Below, one piece after another: positions 18,673-28,590 of a stretch of DNA of 64,000 bases; position 1 is the stretch's first letter; every line of letters starts with the position of its first letter. The translations under genes were made by a program, and so were the position numbers. Source of the stretch: a virus. Taxonomy: Duplodnaviria; Caudoviricetes. The notes beneath the pieces were generated by a model that was not told the DNA's origin, searched no databases, and saw only the letters and a list, made by a program, of their open reading frames with translations. The stretch spans positions 1-64,000 of the IMG/VR virus record IMGVR_UViG_2744054895_000001. One strand, written 5' to 3'.

Positions 18673-19452
18673 TTGCGAGATACGCTCATCTGGGCAATAT
18701 GCACCGCTGTAGGACTGCTGGGTGCTTTCTGGTCCTGGAGACGCGCCCTCACTCTCCGCTCAGTCGCCGCGTGGTCGGTCACCGCAGCAATCGCAGTCTT
18801 CACAGTCGGTGTCCTGTTCGCCGTGCCTTCAGTCGCCGACACAGTCGACACGCTGACAGGCACCAACAACACCGGAAAGATCGTTTCTCACGTCTGCGCG
18901 GTGGCGTGGAGCCTGTGCCTACAACTGATGCTCGTCGACTGGGCCTACACCGAGGATTACCTCCTGCCCGGCGTCCTCGGCCGGCTAGTCCTGGCCGTCA
19001 TGGTGCTGGGAGCCATGCTCGTGCTCTTCGTCAAGACCAGTACGCCGGAGGTCGAGTTCACGACCCAGTACGCCGACAACACGGCCGTCTACGTCTACCT
19101 GCTGATCTACCTGGGCTACGTCGCCTTCACCTGCTCCGAGATCACCTTCATGTGCGTACGGCTGACACAGATGAACTGGGAGGCGCGGCGACGGGCAAGC
19201 TGGGGCTTCGCGTTCGCGGCCCTGGGCGGGGTGCTCGGCATTGCCTACGCCGTCAGCAAGGGCGGTTACCTCATCAGTTACCGCATCGGCCGACCATGGA
19301 GCCTGACGGTGGAGGAGAGCGTTTCCCCCAGTCTGGCGGGACTGGCCTCCTTGGCGCTGATCGGCGGAATCACCGTGCCATCTGTCATCGGTCGGCTCAA
19401 GCGGCGCCAGTCGGATCGCTCGACGTTAGGATCGTCAGCCCGCAGTGACTAG
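18673..19452 (+). CDS. Multi-TM membrane protein (MAB_1171c-like)
   Basis: About seven hydrophobic helices; follows the XRE gene, as in actinobacterial XRE/MAB_1171c loci. Confidence 0.65.
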   Translation: MRDTLIWAICTAVGLLGAFWSWRRALTLRSVAAWSVTAAIAVFTVGVLFAVPSVADTVDTLTGTNNTGKIVSHVCAVAWSLCLQLMLVDWAYTEDYLLPGVLGRLVLAVMVLGAMLVLFVKTSTPEVEFTTQYADNTAVYVYLLIYLGYVAFTCSEITFMCVRLTQMNWEARRRASWGFAFAALGGVLGIAYAVSKGGYLISYRIGRPWSLTVEESVSPSLAGLASLALIGGITVPSVIGRLKRRQSDRSTLGSSARSD

Positions 19453-21390
19453 ATCGACGACTTCGCATGCGCCAGCCGTGCAGGCGAGTTCCTGGCTGCC
19501 AACTGTGGAATCCTCCGTCTCCCAGAACGGGAGGTCGTGCCAGTGGATACTCGTCGGCAGCCGTGCCAGCAGCTCCTCGTACCGCTCGCGCGAGCACGCC
19601 TCGTACGGAGCCTGGCGGTAGGTGTGGTCGCTGTGCGGCAGGAAGGCCACACCTGAGATCTCGTCCAGGTGCTCCCAGACCCACTCCCCGACTTCGTCCC
19701 ACTCGTCGTTGCGCACCGAGATGGTGACCGAGGGCTTGTGGTCGCACCAGTGCCGCTGAACATCGAGCCACAGCGCCAGGTGGTCGACCGCGGTGACCTG
19801 GTCGCGCGTAATGGCCCCGGACGGCGCCTTGATCGGGAAGGAGAAGACGTTGTTGCTCGGGCTCATGACGTCGTCCTCGCACGGCACGCCGTACGTCTGC
19901 ATGAGCTGGGACAGCGGGTCCTTCTTGTCGGCACGGACCCGGCGGATGTAGTACTCGCTGTGCCACGTGTGCAGTCCCGAGGAGACACCTGCGAGCTGAC
20001 TGACCGTTCCCGACGGCTTGACGCAGGTGATCGCGTGAGAGTGACTGATGCCCAACTCGTCGGCGCAGGCCGCGTTGACCTGGGTCGCCAGTTCGCGCAG
20101 GTCGTCAAGGAGCGCGTTGCGCTTGTCCGCCGGCTGGGTAACAAGCAGCTCAGAGCCGAAGAAGCCGGTGAGAGAGACGCCCAGGAGGCGCTCCTCCTCG
20201 GCATTACGGCGCCACTCCTCCCGCAGGAAGGGGTAGTCCGTCAGCGTGCTCTGCCACGTCCCCAGAATCGTCGCCAGTTCGACCTTGCGGGCGAGCGTGT
20301 CCTCCGTGTCGTCCTCGCGAACGACAACCTCGGAGAGATTGCAGAAACTGAACGGGCGCAAAATGATCTCGCTGCACGGGTTGGTCCCGTACACGACATC
20401 GGCGTCACGGCGTCCGTACTTGGCAGCCTGCCGCTGCGCCGCCCCGCGGTGGAAGATGCCGCGCTCACCGGAACCCGAGGTAACAACGTTGGCCCACTCG
20501 ACGTCGAACGCCTCCCGCGTCATGCCGTCGTGGTAGACGGCGCTGTTGTTCGCGAGAGCCCGGTACGGGTGATCCTTCCACCACTCCCCCGACTTCGCGC
20601 CGGCCATCTCCTGGTCGTCGAGGTCGGACAGCGAGATCATCGCGCTGCGCCGGACGCCACCTACCACGATCACACTCGCGATCTTGCACGCCAGGTCGTG
20701 GGCCTCGATCGGCTTCAGCCGGCGACCCGACGCTCCCTTGAGCAGGTCGATGGTGAAGTTGAACAGATCCATCAGCGGCTCGGGACCGCTGGCCCGCCCG
20801 CCGAAGGTACGCAGCCGCGCGCCGGCCGGCCGCACCCGCGACAGGTCGATTGAGGGCACCACGCCGTCCATCCAGACCAGTTCGAGCAGGCTGAGGAACG
20901 CCTCGGCCCAGCCGAACTTGCTGTCCTGGACGTCGATGAAGATGTGCGGATGTTGCCTGATCTCCTTGTGGACGACGGGAAGCTGGTTGACGTAGTCCCG
21001 CTCGACGCTGTATCCGGTCCCTGTTCCGTTCATCAGGATGTAGAGCAGTTCGGCGAAGGCGCGGATGTCCTGCATCGGGATGTAGGAGCAGTTGAAGCCA
21101 GCGATGTGGGATAGCTCCAACGCCTTGCCAGCCGTCATGATGGCACGCATGCTCGGCATGACCTCGTGGTGGAGCACGGCATCACGAAGGGCGTACAACT
21201 CGTCCTTGTCCGGGCGGTAGTCGAACTTCTCGGCCATGTGCTGGATCATGAAGGCGAAGTAGCGGTCGACCGTCTCCGCCCAGGTTTCCCGGCGCTGCTC
21301 GGCCTCCATATAACGCGCGTATCGGGACAGCGCGATGTAGTTCCGGTAGGGATCCTGGAGGGTCCCGTCCGGGTTCAGGATGGTGCTCAA
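19435..21390 (-). CDS. nrdJ: Class II (B12-dependent) ribonucleotide reductase
   Basis: RRETW.E.V.R, PSMR, FNCS, GGVRRSA, GTNPCSEI, TCVKPSGT, C-terminal CTAGAC. Confidence 0.9.
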   Translation of the reverse strand: MSTILNPDGTLQDPYRNYIALSRYARYMEAEQRRETWAETVDRYFAFMIQHMAEKFDYRPDKDELYALRDAVLHHEVMPSMRAIMTAGKALELSHIAGFNCSYIPMQDIRAFAELLYILMNGTGTGYSVERDYVNQLPVVHKEIRQHPHIFIDVQDSKFGWAEAFLSLLELVWMDGVVPSIDLSRVRPAGARLRTFGGRASGPEPLMDLFNFTIDLLKGASGRRLKPIEAHDLACKIASVIVVGGVRRSAMISLSDLDDQEMAGAKSGEWWKDHPYRALANNSAVYHDGMTREAFDVEWANVVTSGSGERGIFHRGAAQRQAAKYGRRDADVVYGTNPCSEIILRPFSFCNLSEVVVREDDTEDTLARKVELATILGTWQSTLTDYPFLREEWRRNAEEERLLGVSLTGFFGSELLVTQPADKRNALLDDLRELATQVNAACADELGISHSHAITCVKPSGTVSQLAGVSSGLHTWHSEYYIRRVRADKKDPLSQLMQTYGVPCEDDVMSPSNNVFSFPIKAPSGAITRDQVTAVDHLALWLDVQRHWCDHKPSVTISVRNDEWDEVGEWVWEHLDEISGVAFLPHSDHTYRQAPYEACSRERYEELLARLPTSIHWHDLPFWETEDSTVGSQELACTAGACEVVDLVTAG

Positions 21391-21401
21391 TTGCCCTCCG
21401 G

Positions 21402-21755
21402 CTATCCGAGGCGGCCGACTACTGTCATCGAGAAGCCGCCTTGCTTGTTGGCCACCGTCTGGCGCGCGGGAGTCGCCTTTCCCTCGGACTTGATGGTGAG
21501 TCCGGAGGTGCTGTGGAGCTTGGGATATCCGCACTCGTAGCAGCGCTTACCGGCCCGAGGTTCTGTGGGGATGGCGAAGTAATTGCTGCCGCCACATTCC
21601 GGACACATTTCCGAGTCCCTGGCGTGTGCGGCCTGTCGTGGCGCTGGGTGCTCGTATTGAGGCGGGTACTGGGGCATCGGCTGCTGGTACGTCGGCGCCG
21701 GAGGCCGATAACCCGGCGCGGGGGCGCCGAGGTGATTACTCCAGAAGTTGCTCAC
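21402..21755 (-). CDS. Zinc-ribbon hypothetical protein
   Basis: CPECGGSNY...CYECGYP. Confidence 0.65.
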   Translation of the reverse strand: MSNFWSNHLGAPAPGYRPPAPTYQQPMPQYPPQYEHPAPRQAAHARDSEMCPECGGSNYFAIPTEPRAGKRCYECGYPKLHSTSGLTIKSEGKATPARQTVANKQGGFSMTVVGRLG

Positions 21756-22123
21756 TACGCTACTCCGCTTTGGATGAGGCCCTTGTCGATGAGGTTGGAA
21801 AGCACCGCGATGACGGAGGCGGTCAGAATGGCTTGGTAGTCCGAGCGGAACTCCGAATGACCAACCGGGTCGTCTTCCAAATCAGAGGTTTCAAGGATAC
21901 CTCCGAAAAGGACGTCGGTGGTGAGGGCCCCATACACCGCGAGCAAGGGGATCAGCGGTTCGATTGCCGCCAGGCGCTCGGCCGATTCGAGCTGCTCCAT
22001 TTCGAGCACGTCTTCGCTGCGCCCGACCTGGCCGCTCTTGACGAGCAGTTCGTTCTCTGCTCGGCCGGCATTGAGGTCCTGTGCCAGTTCGGCCTTGAGG
22101 ACCTCGAAGGGAATCGTTCTCAT
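21755..22123 (-). CDS. Hypothetical protein
   Basis: 122-aa ORF between polA and the Zn-ribbon gene. Confidence 0.6.
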   Translation of the reverse strand: MRTIPFEVLKAELAQDLNAGRAENELLVKSGQVGRSEDVLEMEQLESAERLAAIEPLIPLLAVYGALTTDVLFGGILETSDLEDDPVGHSEFRSDYQAILTASVIAVLSNLIDKGLIQSGVA

Positions 22124-22126
22124 TGC

Positions 22127-24073
22127 TCAATCCTTGGCGTCGGACCAGCGGTCGCAGACGACCACGTCGGCGGTGAGTGGGACGTTGATGAGGTGCTGGA
22201 TTCCCTCGCCGATCATGGCGTCCTGGAGGATCTTGGAGCCGACGTCGACCAGGTCGTCCGGGCAGATGACGACGAGTTCGTCGTGGACTGTGAGGGAGAG
22301 CTTGATGCCGTCGTGGCCGCTCTCCTTGATGGCCTTGTGGAGGCGGACCATGGCGAGCTTGATCAGGTCGGCCGAGGAGCCCTGGATGAGGCTGTTGACC
22401 GCCCGTCGCTCGCCCTTGGCGCGCAGCCAGCCCTGGCTGGAGGCGATCTCGGGCAGTCGGCGCTTGCGGCCGAGCAGCGTGGTGAGATCGCGGGTCTTGC
22501 GCTTGCGGACGGTCTCGATGACGGACCGCCGGAAGGCGTAGATCTCGGGGAACTGCTCCTCGTGGACGGCCATGATGCGCTTGGCTTCGTTCACCGAGAT
22601 GCCGGCCATGGCCGCGACGGTCTCGGGGCCGGCCATGTAGACGATGGCGAAGTTGAGGCCCTTGGCGACCTGGCGCATGGCCTTGGTGACGTCTTCCCAG
22701 GCGACACCGAACACGAGGGCCGCAGTGGCGGTGTGGGCGTCCACGCCGGCGAGGAAGCCCTCGTACAGGGCGCCGCGGCCGAGGTAGTGCGCAAGGACGC
22801 GCAGTTCAATCTGGCCCCAGTCGGCGACCAGGAGCTTGTAGCCCTTGGGTGCAACAAACAGGGAACGGACCTTGGTGCCCAGCTCCGTGCCCGGTCTGGG
22901 GACGTTCTGAAGGTTGGGGGCGGAGCAGGAGAAGCGGCCGGTGCGGGCGCCGTACTGCTTGAAGATGGGGTGGATGCGGCCGTTGAAGATGCGCTTGGGC
23001 TGGCTGGCCTTGCCGAGGTAGCCGTAGACGTACGTCGACAGCAGCTTGTCGACCTCGGCGTACTCCAGGAGGATCCGGCAGACCTCGTTCTCCGGGCACG
23101 CCTCCAGCGTCTCCGCGTCGGTGCTCCAGTCGCGGAAGTCGATCTTCTCGCCGTTGCGCTTCTTGGCTTTGCCGCCGTCGGTGAGCTTGATGGGCTTGAG
23201 GCCCTGGCCGCCCTTCGACTTGGACAGGAAGAGGATGTCCTGGCGCTGCTGGGGGGAGCCGACGTTGAAGACCTTGCCAGCGGTCCGGAAGAGCCTGGTC
23301 TTGATCTCCTCCAGCTTGATGACGAGTTCGTGCTCCAGCTCCAGGAGCCGGTCCTCGTCGACACAGGCGCCCGTGGGGTGCATGTCGAGGAGAACCTCGG
23401 TGACGGCGAGTTCGAGCGACATGATGCGGGAGAGGTCTTGCTCGACCAGGTCGCCGCACATCGCGCGCCACAGCAGCCAGGTGTACTTGGCGTCCAGGTA
23501 GGCGTAGCGGGCGACCGTGGTGAAGCCGTACTTCTCGACTTCCTTGCCGACGTTCTCGGTGTCGTACTTGTGCTTGTAGCGCTTCTCGACGAGGTTCTTC
23601 AGGCCGTTGAGGCGGTTCTCGTCGAGGAGCCAGGAGCCGACGAGAGTGCATCCGAAAGGCTTGGGCGGGATCCGGCCGCCGTAGTACTTCGCGAGGGAGC
23701 CGAGGTCGAAGGTGGCGCTGTGGGCGACCTTTCGCCGACTGGAGAAGATCAGGGGCTCCAGGGCCTTGAACACCTGGCTCGGGCGGAGCTGCTTGGGCGG
23801 AGCGGTCCACACCGCAGGGACGGTCTCCCGCTCCCCCGTCTGCTTGTTCTTGCGCCAGGTCGCCTTGCTGATCAGATGGTCACCGTTGGGGTGTCCCATC
23901 GGGATGACGACCGCGCGACCGTGGGTGGCCAGAGCGACCCATAGGATCTCATTGGCGACCGGGACGCCACGGTGCTCGCCGACGGTCTCAATGTCGATCA
24001 CGAACTCGTCGTGCCGCTCGAAGTGCGCGACAGCCTCTTCGAGGTCAGCCATCGTCAGGATGACGTCGCGCAC
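22127..24073 (-). CDS. polA: Family A DNA polymerase with 3'-5' exonuclease domain
   Basis: DIET (ExoI), YAYLD, TGRFS..PNLQN, ADWGQIELR, R..AK.LNF..VY, VHDEL. Confidence 0.92.
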   Translation of the reverse strand: MRDVILTMADLEEAVAHFERHDEFVIDIETVGEHRGVPVANEILWVALATHGRAVVIPMGHPNGDHLISKATWRKNKQTGERETVPAVWTAPPKQLRPSQVFKALEPLIFSSRRKVAHSATFDLGSLAKYYGGRIPPKPFGCTLVGSWLLDENRLNGLKNLVEKRYKHKYDTENVGKEVEKYGFTTVARYAYLDAKYTWLLWRAMCGDLVEQDLSRIMSLELAVTEVLLDMHPTGACVDEDRLLELEHELVIKLEEIKTRLFRTAGKVFNVGSPQQRQDILFLSKSKGGQGLKPIKLTDGGKAKKRNGEKIDFRDWSTDAETLEACPENEVCRILLEYAEVDKLLSTYVYGYLGKASQPKRIFNGRIHPIFKQYGARTGRFSCSAPNLQNVPRPGTELGTKVRSLFVAPKGYKLLVADWGQIELRVLAHYLGRGALYEGFLAGVDAHTATAALVFGVAWEDVTKAMRQVAKGLNFAIVYMAGPETVAAMAGISVNEAKRIMAVHEEQFPEIYAFRRSVIETVRKRKTRDLTTLLGRKRRLPEIASSQGWLRAKGERRAVNSLIQGSSADLIKLAMVRLHKAIKESGHDGIKLSLTVHDELVVICPDDLVDVGSKILQDAMIGEGIQHLINVPLTADVVVCDRWSDAKD

Positions 24074-24090
24074 TGTGGTTCCTTCCGTGT

Positions 24091-25173
24091 TCAGGCTGCG
24101 AGTTCGAGCCGCTCGGCGAGCAGAAGCTCAAGGAGGATCAGGCGGTAGGCCGCGTAAGCCTGGTGGGGCACCACTCCGTTGCCCACCTTGTGGAGCTGCT
24201 GAGATCGGCTGAGGTCGGGGACGCTGGTGACGCGGTCGGGGATGCCCATCAACCACTCGGAGAAGGCCGCACTCAGGCGGCGTCCGCCTCGGGGCCCAAT
24301 TTGAGTCGGGTACGGCGCCGGGACTCCGAGGACGCATTCCCACCGGTAAATGGCCGACCTGTACTCTCCCCACCACTTGGAAGGAGAGTGACCGCCGTCC
24401 GAAGGTTCATCCCGCCAGCCCTTCCGGAGTTCCCCGGACCGCCGGTCCCATCGGAGGCCGTTGGAGTCGGCAGGAGATGCACCACGGCCGCTGGCAAGTG
24501 CGTGTAGTTGCCGTTGCTGTCCCGCTGGTTGGGCGCCCCCTTCGGGCCGTCGCTTGCCCTCGGGGTCGGAAGGAGCGGTGACGCCTGGGCTTGCGCCGGC
24601 AGGAGTAGCGCCACCTCGCTGAGGGGCCGTTTCGCCGCCACTCCACGATTCCCCGTTCCCGCCTTCCAGTCTCTCGCCAGTGGTGTCGGCAGCAGGGAAG
24701 GCGACGCAGAACCATCGGTCTCGATGGTGTGCAGCTCCAACTTCGGAAGCTCGAAAGCACATCCAGCGCGCGTCGTACCCGATCGAGGCCAGGTCCCCGA
24801 GTACTCGGTCGAGTCCGCGTCTGGCGATGGCGGAGACGTTCTCCAGGAAGACGAGGCGCGGTCGAAGTATGCGAATGGCTTCGGCGACGTCCCGCCAGAC
24901 TCCCGACTTCTCGCCATCGATGCCCTTTCGGTGACCTGCGTTGGAGATGTCCTGGCACGGGAAGCCCGCGCAGATGATGTCGACCAGGCCGATGAGTTCG
25001 GTCCAGTCGATGGATGTGATGTCCCCGAGGTTCGGAACGTCGGGGTGGTAATGCGCAAGGATCTTGGCGGCGTGCGGGTCGATCTCGGCTACGTAGGCGA
25101 CCTCTTCGCCTGTGAGTTCGTTGACCGCGATTTCCAGGCCACCGAAGCCCGCGCACAGGCCGAGGATCGGCAT
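24091..25173 (-). CDS. DNA (cytosine-5) methyltransferase
   Basis: LCAGFGG, AGFPCQD, LENV, H.R.R and C-terminal GNGV motifs. Confidence 0.85.
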   Translation of the reverse strand: MPILGLCAGFGGLEIAVNELTGEEVAYVAEIDPHAAKILAHYHPDVPNLGDITSIDWTELIGLVDIICAGFPCQDISNAGHRKGIDGEKSGVWRDVAEAIRILRPRLVFLENVSAIARRGLDRVLGDLASIGYDARWMCFRASEVGAAHHRDRWFCVAFPAADTTGERLEGGNGESWSGGETAPQRGGATPAGASPGVTAPSDPEGKRRPEGGAQPAGQQRQLHALASGRGASPADSNGLRWDRRSGELRKGWRDEPSDGGHSPSKWWGEYRSAIYRWECVLGVPAPYPTQIGPRGGRRLSAAFSEWLMGIPDRVTSVPDLSRSQQLHKVGNGVVPHQAYAAYRLILLELLLAERLELAA

Positions 25174-25197
25174 GTGTGTGTCCTTCTGGAGCGCGGT

Positions 25198-25242
25198 GGC
25201 CGCTCCCCACCCAGAGGGGAGGGGTACAGGTGGGGAGCGGCC
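25198..25242 (-). terminator. Hairpin/terminator downstream of the SSB gene
   Basis: 14-bp inverted repeat ggccgctccccacc/ggtggggagcggcc. Confidence 0.55.
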
Positions 25243-25253
25243 GGTCAGGTGGT

Positions 25254-26108
25254 CTAGTCGTCGTCCTCGTCGTCGTCCGCGCCGTTCAGTACTTTCTGTA
25301 CGGCGGCCTCCAGCTCGGCGCGGGTGCAGTGGCGCTCCCAGGCGTCCGAGTAGAGGGACTTGGACAGGCGCTCGTAGTCGTCGTCGGTCAGCTCGTCGGC
25401 GTCCCAGTCGGACTCGACGTCGCGAGCCTTGACTGCCTCGACGTGGTACTCGGTCTTGGTGCCCTTGCCGGTCTTGTGCACGGCGATGTAGAGCTGAGGC
25501 GAGGTGAGGTCGCCGACGTTGTCCTTGCCGACCTTCTTGGGGTCCTTGGCGACGGCCTGGAGGGTGCGGGCGGCGCGGATGCCGACCTCCCAGACCTTGT
25601 GGACCCACTTCTGGTCGTCCTCGTCCCACAGGGCCACGTTGAAGGCGGCGACCTTGCGGCCGTAGTGGTCGAGGTCGTCGCAGAGCGGGCAGTCCTCGGC
25701 GGGCGCGAGCCCCCGGAAGGAGCGCTTGCCGGAGGTGATCTCCCGGACGTAGTGGTACTCGTAGGAGTCGAACGGCTCGGGCTGCATGAGCCGGATGAGC
25801 TGGGGATCCTTGGTGATCTCCAGGCGCATCTCGTTCTTGGCCTCGAAGTCCTGGCCGCCGCTGCTGGCCATTTCGTCGAAGGCGTCCCAGCCGGCGGAGG
25901 CCCCCTGCTTGCGGGCCGAGTTGGTGCGCTGGAATCCCCTGCTCAACGTCTCGACGTCCTCGTCGAACGCGTCGCGGCCCTGAGCCTGTCGACCACGGCG
26001 CGTCTTGGGGGCGTCGTCCTCATCGAGCGAGTTCCGCCGGCTGCGGCCGGCTCGCCTGGTGGCGGGTGCGTCTTCCTCGAAGATGTCGTCGAGATTGCCT
26101 CGGGCCAT
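25254..26108 (-). CDS. Putative single-stranded DNA-binding protein (gp32-like)
   Basis: DCPLC motif, K.G.G..T.Y motif, acidic tail DDDEDDD; replication context. Confidence 0.6.
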   Translation of the reverse strand: MARGNLDDIFEEDAPATRRAGRSRRNSLDEDDAPKTRRGRQAQGRDAFDEDVETLSRGFQRTNSARKQGASAGWDAFDEMASSGGQDFEAKNEMRLEITKDPQLIRLMQPEPFDSYEYHYVREITSGKRSFRGLAPAEDCPLCDDLDHYGRKVAAFNVALWDEDDQKWVHKVWEVGIRAARTLQAVAKDPKKVGKDNVGDLTSPQLYIAVHKTGKGTKTEYHVEAVKARDVESDWDADELTDDDYERLSKSLYSDAWERHCTRAELEAAVQKVLNGADDDEDDD

Positions 26109-26111
26109 AGA

Positions 26112-26336
26112 TCAGTCCTCGTCGTTGATGGCGGGGTGCTCGTGCACGAAGGAGTTGTCCTCGGTGGTCAGGTCGGCCGCCATCTTTCGCTCACGCGCGA
26201 GCAGGTCGTCGATGGCGTCGTCGAGGACTCGCGGATCGGTGGCTCGGACGCGCGCCGTCACCTTGATCTGCTCGTAGGAGCCCAGGTTGAAGGTCTCCTG
26301 GACTTCCTTCTCGTAGAACTCCACGACCTGCTTCAC
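26112..26336 (-). CDS. Hypothetical protein
   Basis: MKQVVE..TFNLGSYEQIKV; GTGA coupling. Confidence 0.55.
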   Translation of the reverse strand: MKQVVEFYEKEVQETFNLGSYEQIKVTARVRATDPRVLDDAIDDLLARERKMAADLTTEDNSFVHEHPAINDED

Positions 26337-26824
26337 GCTGCCGCCTCCTTCTGCCTGAGCTGCTCGAATGCTTCCTTGACCCGTTCGGTGAAGCGGGTGT
26401 CGGTGATGCGGATGCCGCGGGGGTCGCCGTCGAACAGCCCTTCCTCTTCCGCGATGCGGACCATGGCTTCGATCTGCTCGCGGGTGTAGAGGCGGCGGTT
26501 GCCGTTGGCTGTCTTTCCGCTGATCACGTAGGTGGCCTTGGGGATGACCCCGCCGGACTCCCACTTCCGCATGGTCACGGCGTCACGTCGCAGTGCCTTG
26601 GCGAGATCCCCGATGCCGAAGAATTCGCGGTAGCCGCCGTTGAAGGGCTTGACCTGGGGCTTGGTGTCCCACCGATCCGGGTCGTAATACGCCTCCTGCG
26701 CCACTGGCCGAAGCTCGGCTTGCGTGCGCACCGGACGGCGCGAGATGCGCCGGGTGGATCCGGGGTAGAACTGCGTCGGTGGCGAGTCCGCGATGTTGGC
26801 GAACTCGGTGTCCCAGTCCCTCAT
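26333..26824 (-). CDS. MerR-like HTH DNA-binding protein
   Basis: IGDLAKAL.RD.VTMRKWE..G.IP...RRLYT. Confidence 0.7.
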   Translation of the reverse strand: MRDWDTEFANIADSPPTQFYPGSTRRISRRPVRTQAELRPVAQEAYYDPDRWDTKPQVKPFNGGYREFFGIGDLAKALRRDAVTMRKWESGGVIPKATYVISGKTANGNRRLYTREQIEAMVRIAEEEGLFDGDPRGIRITDTRFTERVKEAFEQLRQKEAAA

Positions 26825-27318
26825 GCGGCCACCCGCACGAATCGGAAGCCTTCCTTCTCCGGGAAGATCCGGTCGAGGTGGTCTTCCGTCAGCCGTCCCT
26901 CCTGGTAGAGGACGTACGCCTCCTGAGGGTCGAACTGCCGCACCAAGGGGAAGAGCCGGTCGTAGATGACGGCGTCGTTGCCCTTCCCCGTGGCTTCCGA
27001 GTCGAGGTCGCGGGCGATGGCCTCAGCCTCGTCCTCGTCCATCCCTTGGGTGGTATACCGCTCCAACTTCATGCCCTTGAACTTCTTGTCGGCGACCGAG
27101 AGCGGGCGCGGCAGCTCGATGATGTAGCTGCCCTTCTCGTCTTGGACCCCGAACTCACGAAGATCCACGGTCATGTCGTCGCGGAGCTTGTTGAGCAGGC
27201 TGGTCTGGGTGTCGACGCGGGCTTTGATGAGGGCCCACTGGGCGGCCTTGCGTTCGAATGCGGATTCCGGCGTGTTCGCAGTCAGGACCGACTCTGCCGG
27301 GGCGTCAGAGAAATCCAC
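26821..27318 (-). CDS. Hypothetical protein
   Basis: 165-aa ORF with GAGGAG RBS. Confidence 0.65.
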   Translation of the reverse strand: MDFSDAPAESVLTANTPESAFERKAAQWALIKARVDTQTSLLNKLRDDMTVDLREFGVQDEKGSYIIELPRPLSVADKKFKGMKLERYTTQGMDEDEAEAIARDLDSEATGKGNDAVIYDRLFPLVRQFDPQEAYVLYQEGRLTEDHLDRIFPEKEGFRFVRVAA

Positions 27319-27433
27319 GCCGTTCTCCTCAAGTACGTGTAGGGAAACAGTCGCCAGGGCGGCTGACTGCGCGGTAACAGCAGACCGCCGCAGTTCGGGA
27401 CTCGCCCTGGCGACTGATCACAGACTAGCACTC

Positions 27434-27469
27434 TTGTGGAACAAGTTGAACAACAACTTGAGCAACAAA
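27434..27469. promoter_or_regulatory. Tandem 12-bp palindromic motif array (3 units)
   Basis: TTGTGGAACAAG TTGAACAACAAC TTGAGCAACAAA; minus-strand TAGTCT at 27422-27427. Confidence 0.65.
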
Positions 27470-27482
27470 TTCCGAGGCAGCA

Positions 27483-27519
27483 GAGAGCCCCGGTGGCACG
27501 TGCGTCCACCGGGGCTCTC
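27483..27519 (-). terminator. Intrinsic terminator hairpin
   Basis: 14-bp perfect inverted repeat gagagccccggtgg/ccaccggggctctc. Confidence 0.65.
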
Positions 27520-27527
27520 GCTCTGGG

Positions 27528-28475
27528 TCAGGCGTTCAGCGCCTCCATCTGCTCGATGCGCTGGTCGGCCTCAGCCTTGGCCTTCTGGGCGGCCTGCCAC
27601 TGCTCCTCGATCGCCGGGAACTCGTCGCGCATCAGGGCACGGCACCACTCGACGGTCGGCGCTTCGGCGCCCATGTTCACGACCAGTTCCTTGTGCCAGG
27701 CAGCCGCCGGCCAGTCCGCGTAGGTCTTGCCGGCCTCCAGCCAGTTCCACACGAACTCACGGCAGGTGGGCCGCAGCGGGGACTCCGGGCGTCGGCCGGC
27801 TTTGCGGTCCTCCTCCGGCTCCTCGTAGTCCTTGGCCCACATCTCGCCCCGGAGTTCCTCGATCGCCTGCGTGAGGGTTTCGACGGTCTCGGCGTGCTCG
27901 GCGTCCTTGGCGAGCAGCTCTTGGCGCATGCGCTCCACCTCGCGGCCGAGTTCGTCAAGCTGAGGGTCCGGCTCAGCGGCAGCCGGCGACTCGGCGGCCG
28001 GCGTCTCGTGGAACTCGGTACGGGCGAAGTGCACCTGCCTCATCAGCCAGGGTCCGATCTCACCCCAGATCAGCAGGAGGGTGGGCATCACCATGTCGAA
28101 GAGGCCCTCACCGATGGCACCGCGCATGAAGGCGTCGGCGCAGTTGAGGCCGTAGGTCATGACGCCCATGAGGCCGAGCCAGATACGGGGCCGGCGAAGT
28201 TCGGCGTCACTCCAACCGCGAAGCCCGAGGTACTGCTGGCCGACCATGAGGCCGAGGTAGGAGAGGCTCACCGCGGGGGCGACTAGGGCCTGGACGTGCT
28301 CGGGGACGCCGAGCCGGGCCGCGAGTGCCCAGACGTTGCCGAAGTCGAAGAGGAAGGCCAGGAGGATGGCCGCGACGGTCATCGTCATGACGAAGTACAC
28401 CGTGAAGCGCTCGCCGGGGACGCGCTCCTGCTGCTTGGCCTCCGGCTTCGGCCGGCGCCGGATAGGGTTCTCCAT
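27528..28475 (-). CDS. SpdA/DUF2637-like membrane protein with coiled coil
   Basis: F.F.FGNV.AL..RLGVP..V..LVAPAV.L, four TM segments, coiled-coil C-terminus; resembles Streptomyces plasmid spread proteins. Confidence 0.55.
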   Translation of the reverse strand: MENPIRRRPKPEAKQQERVPGERFTVYFVMTMTVAAILLAFLFDFGNVWALAARLGVPEHVQALVAPAVSLSYLGLMVGQQYLGLRGWSDAELRRPRIWLGLMGVMTYGLNCADAFMRGAIGEGLFDMVMPTLLLIWGEIGPWLMRQVHFARTEFHETPAAESPAAAEPDPQLDELGREVERMRQELLAKDAEHAETVETLTQAIEELRGEMWAKDYEEPEEDRKAGRRPESPLRPTCREFVWNWLEAGKTYADWPAAAWHKELVVNMGAEAPTVEWCRALMRDEFPAIEEQWQAAQKAKAEADQRIEQMEALNA

Positions 28476-28545
28476 GGGAGTTATGGCTCCTGTTTCCGAC
28501 GGCTCTGGGTGCGCGCCCAGGGCCGTCTTTCGTTTGGTGATCTCT

Positions 28546-28565
28546 ATTGTGTACACAATGTACTC
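28546..28565. promoter_or_regulatory. Phd/YefM-type operator palindrome
   Basis: Perfect 14-bp palindrome ATTGTGTACACAAT (GTGTACAC core) plus a second TGTAC site, upstream of the phd-like gene. Confidence 0.6.
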
Positions 28566-28590
28566 TGTGTGCGCTAGGTACGCTGCTCGA

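Noticed and set aside
21626-23944. 772-aa plus-strand ORF and similar long antisense ORFs (28601..30430, 31274..32824, 16787..18031)
   Set aside because: Shadows of real minus-strand genes, expected at high GC; no recognisable motifs
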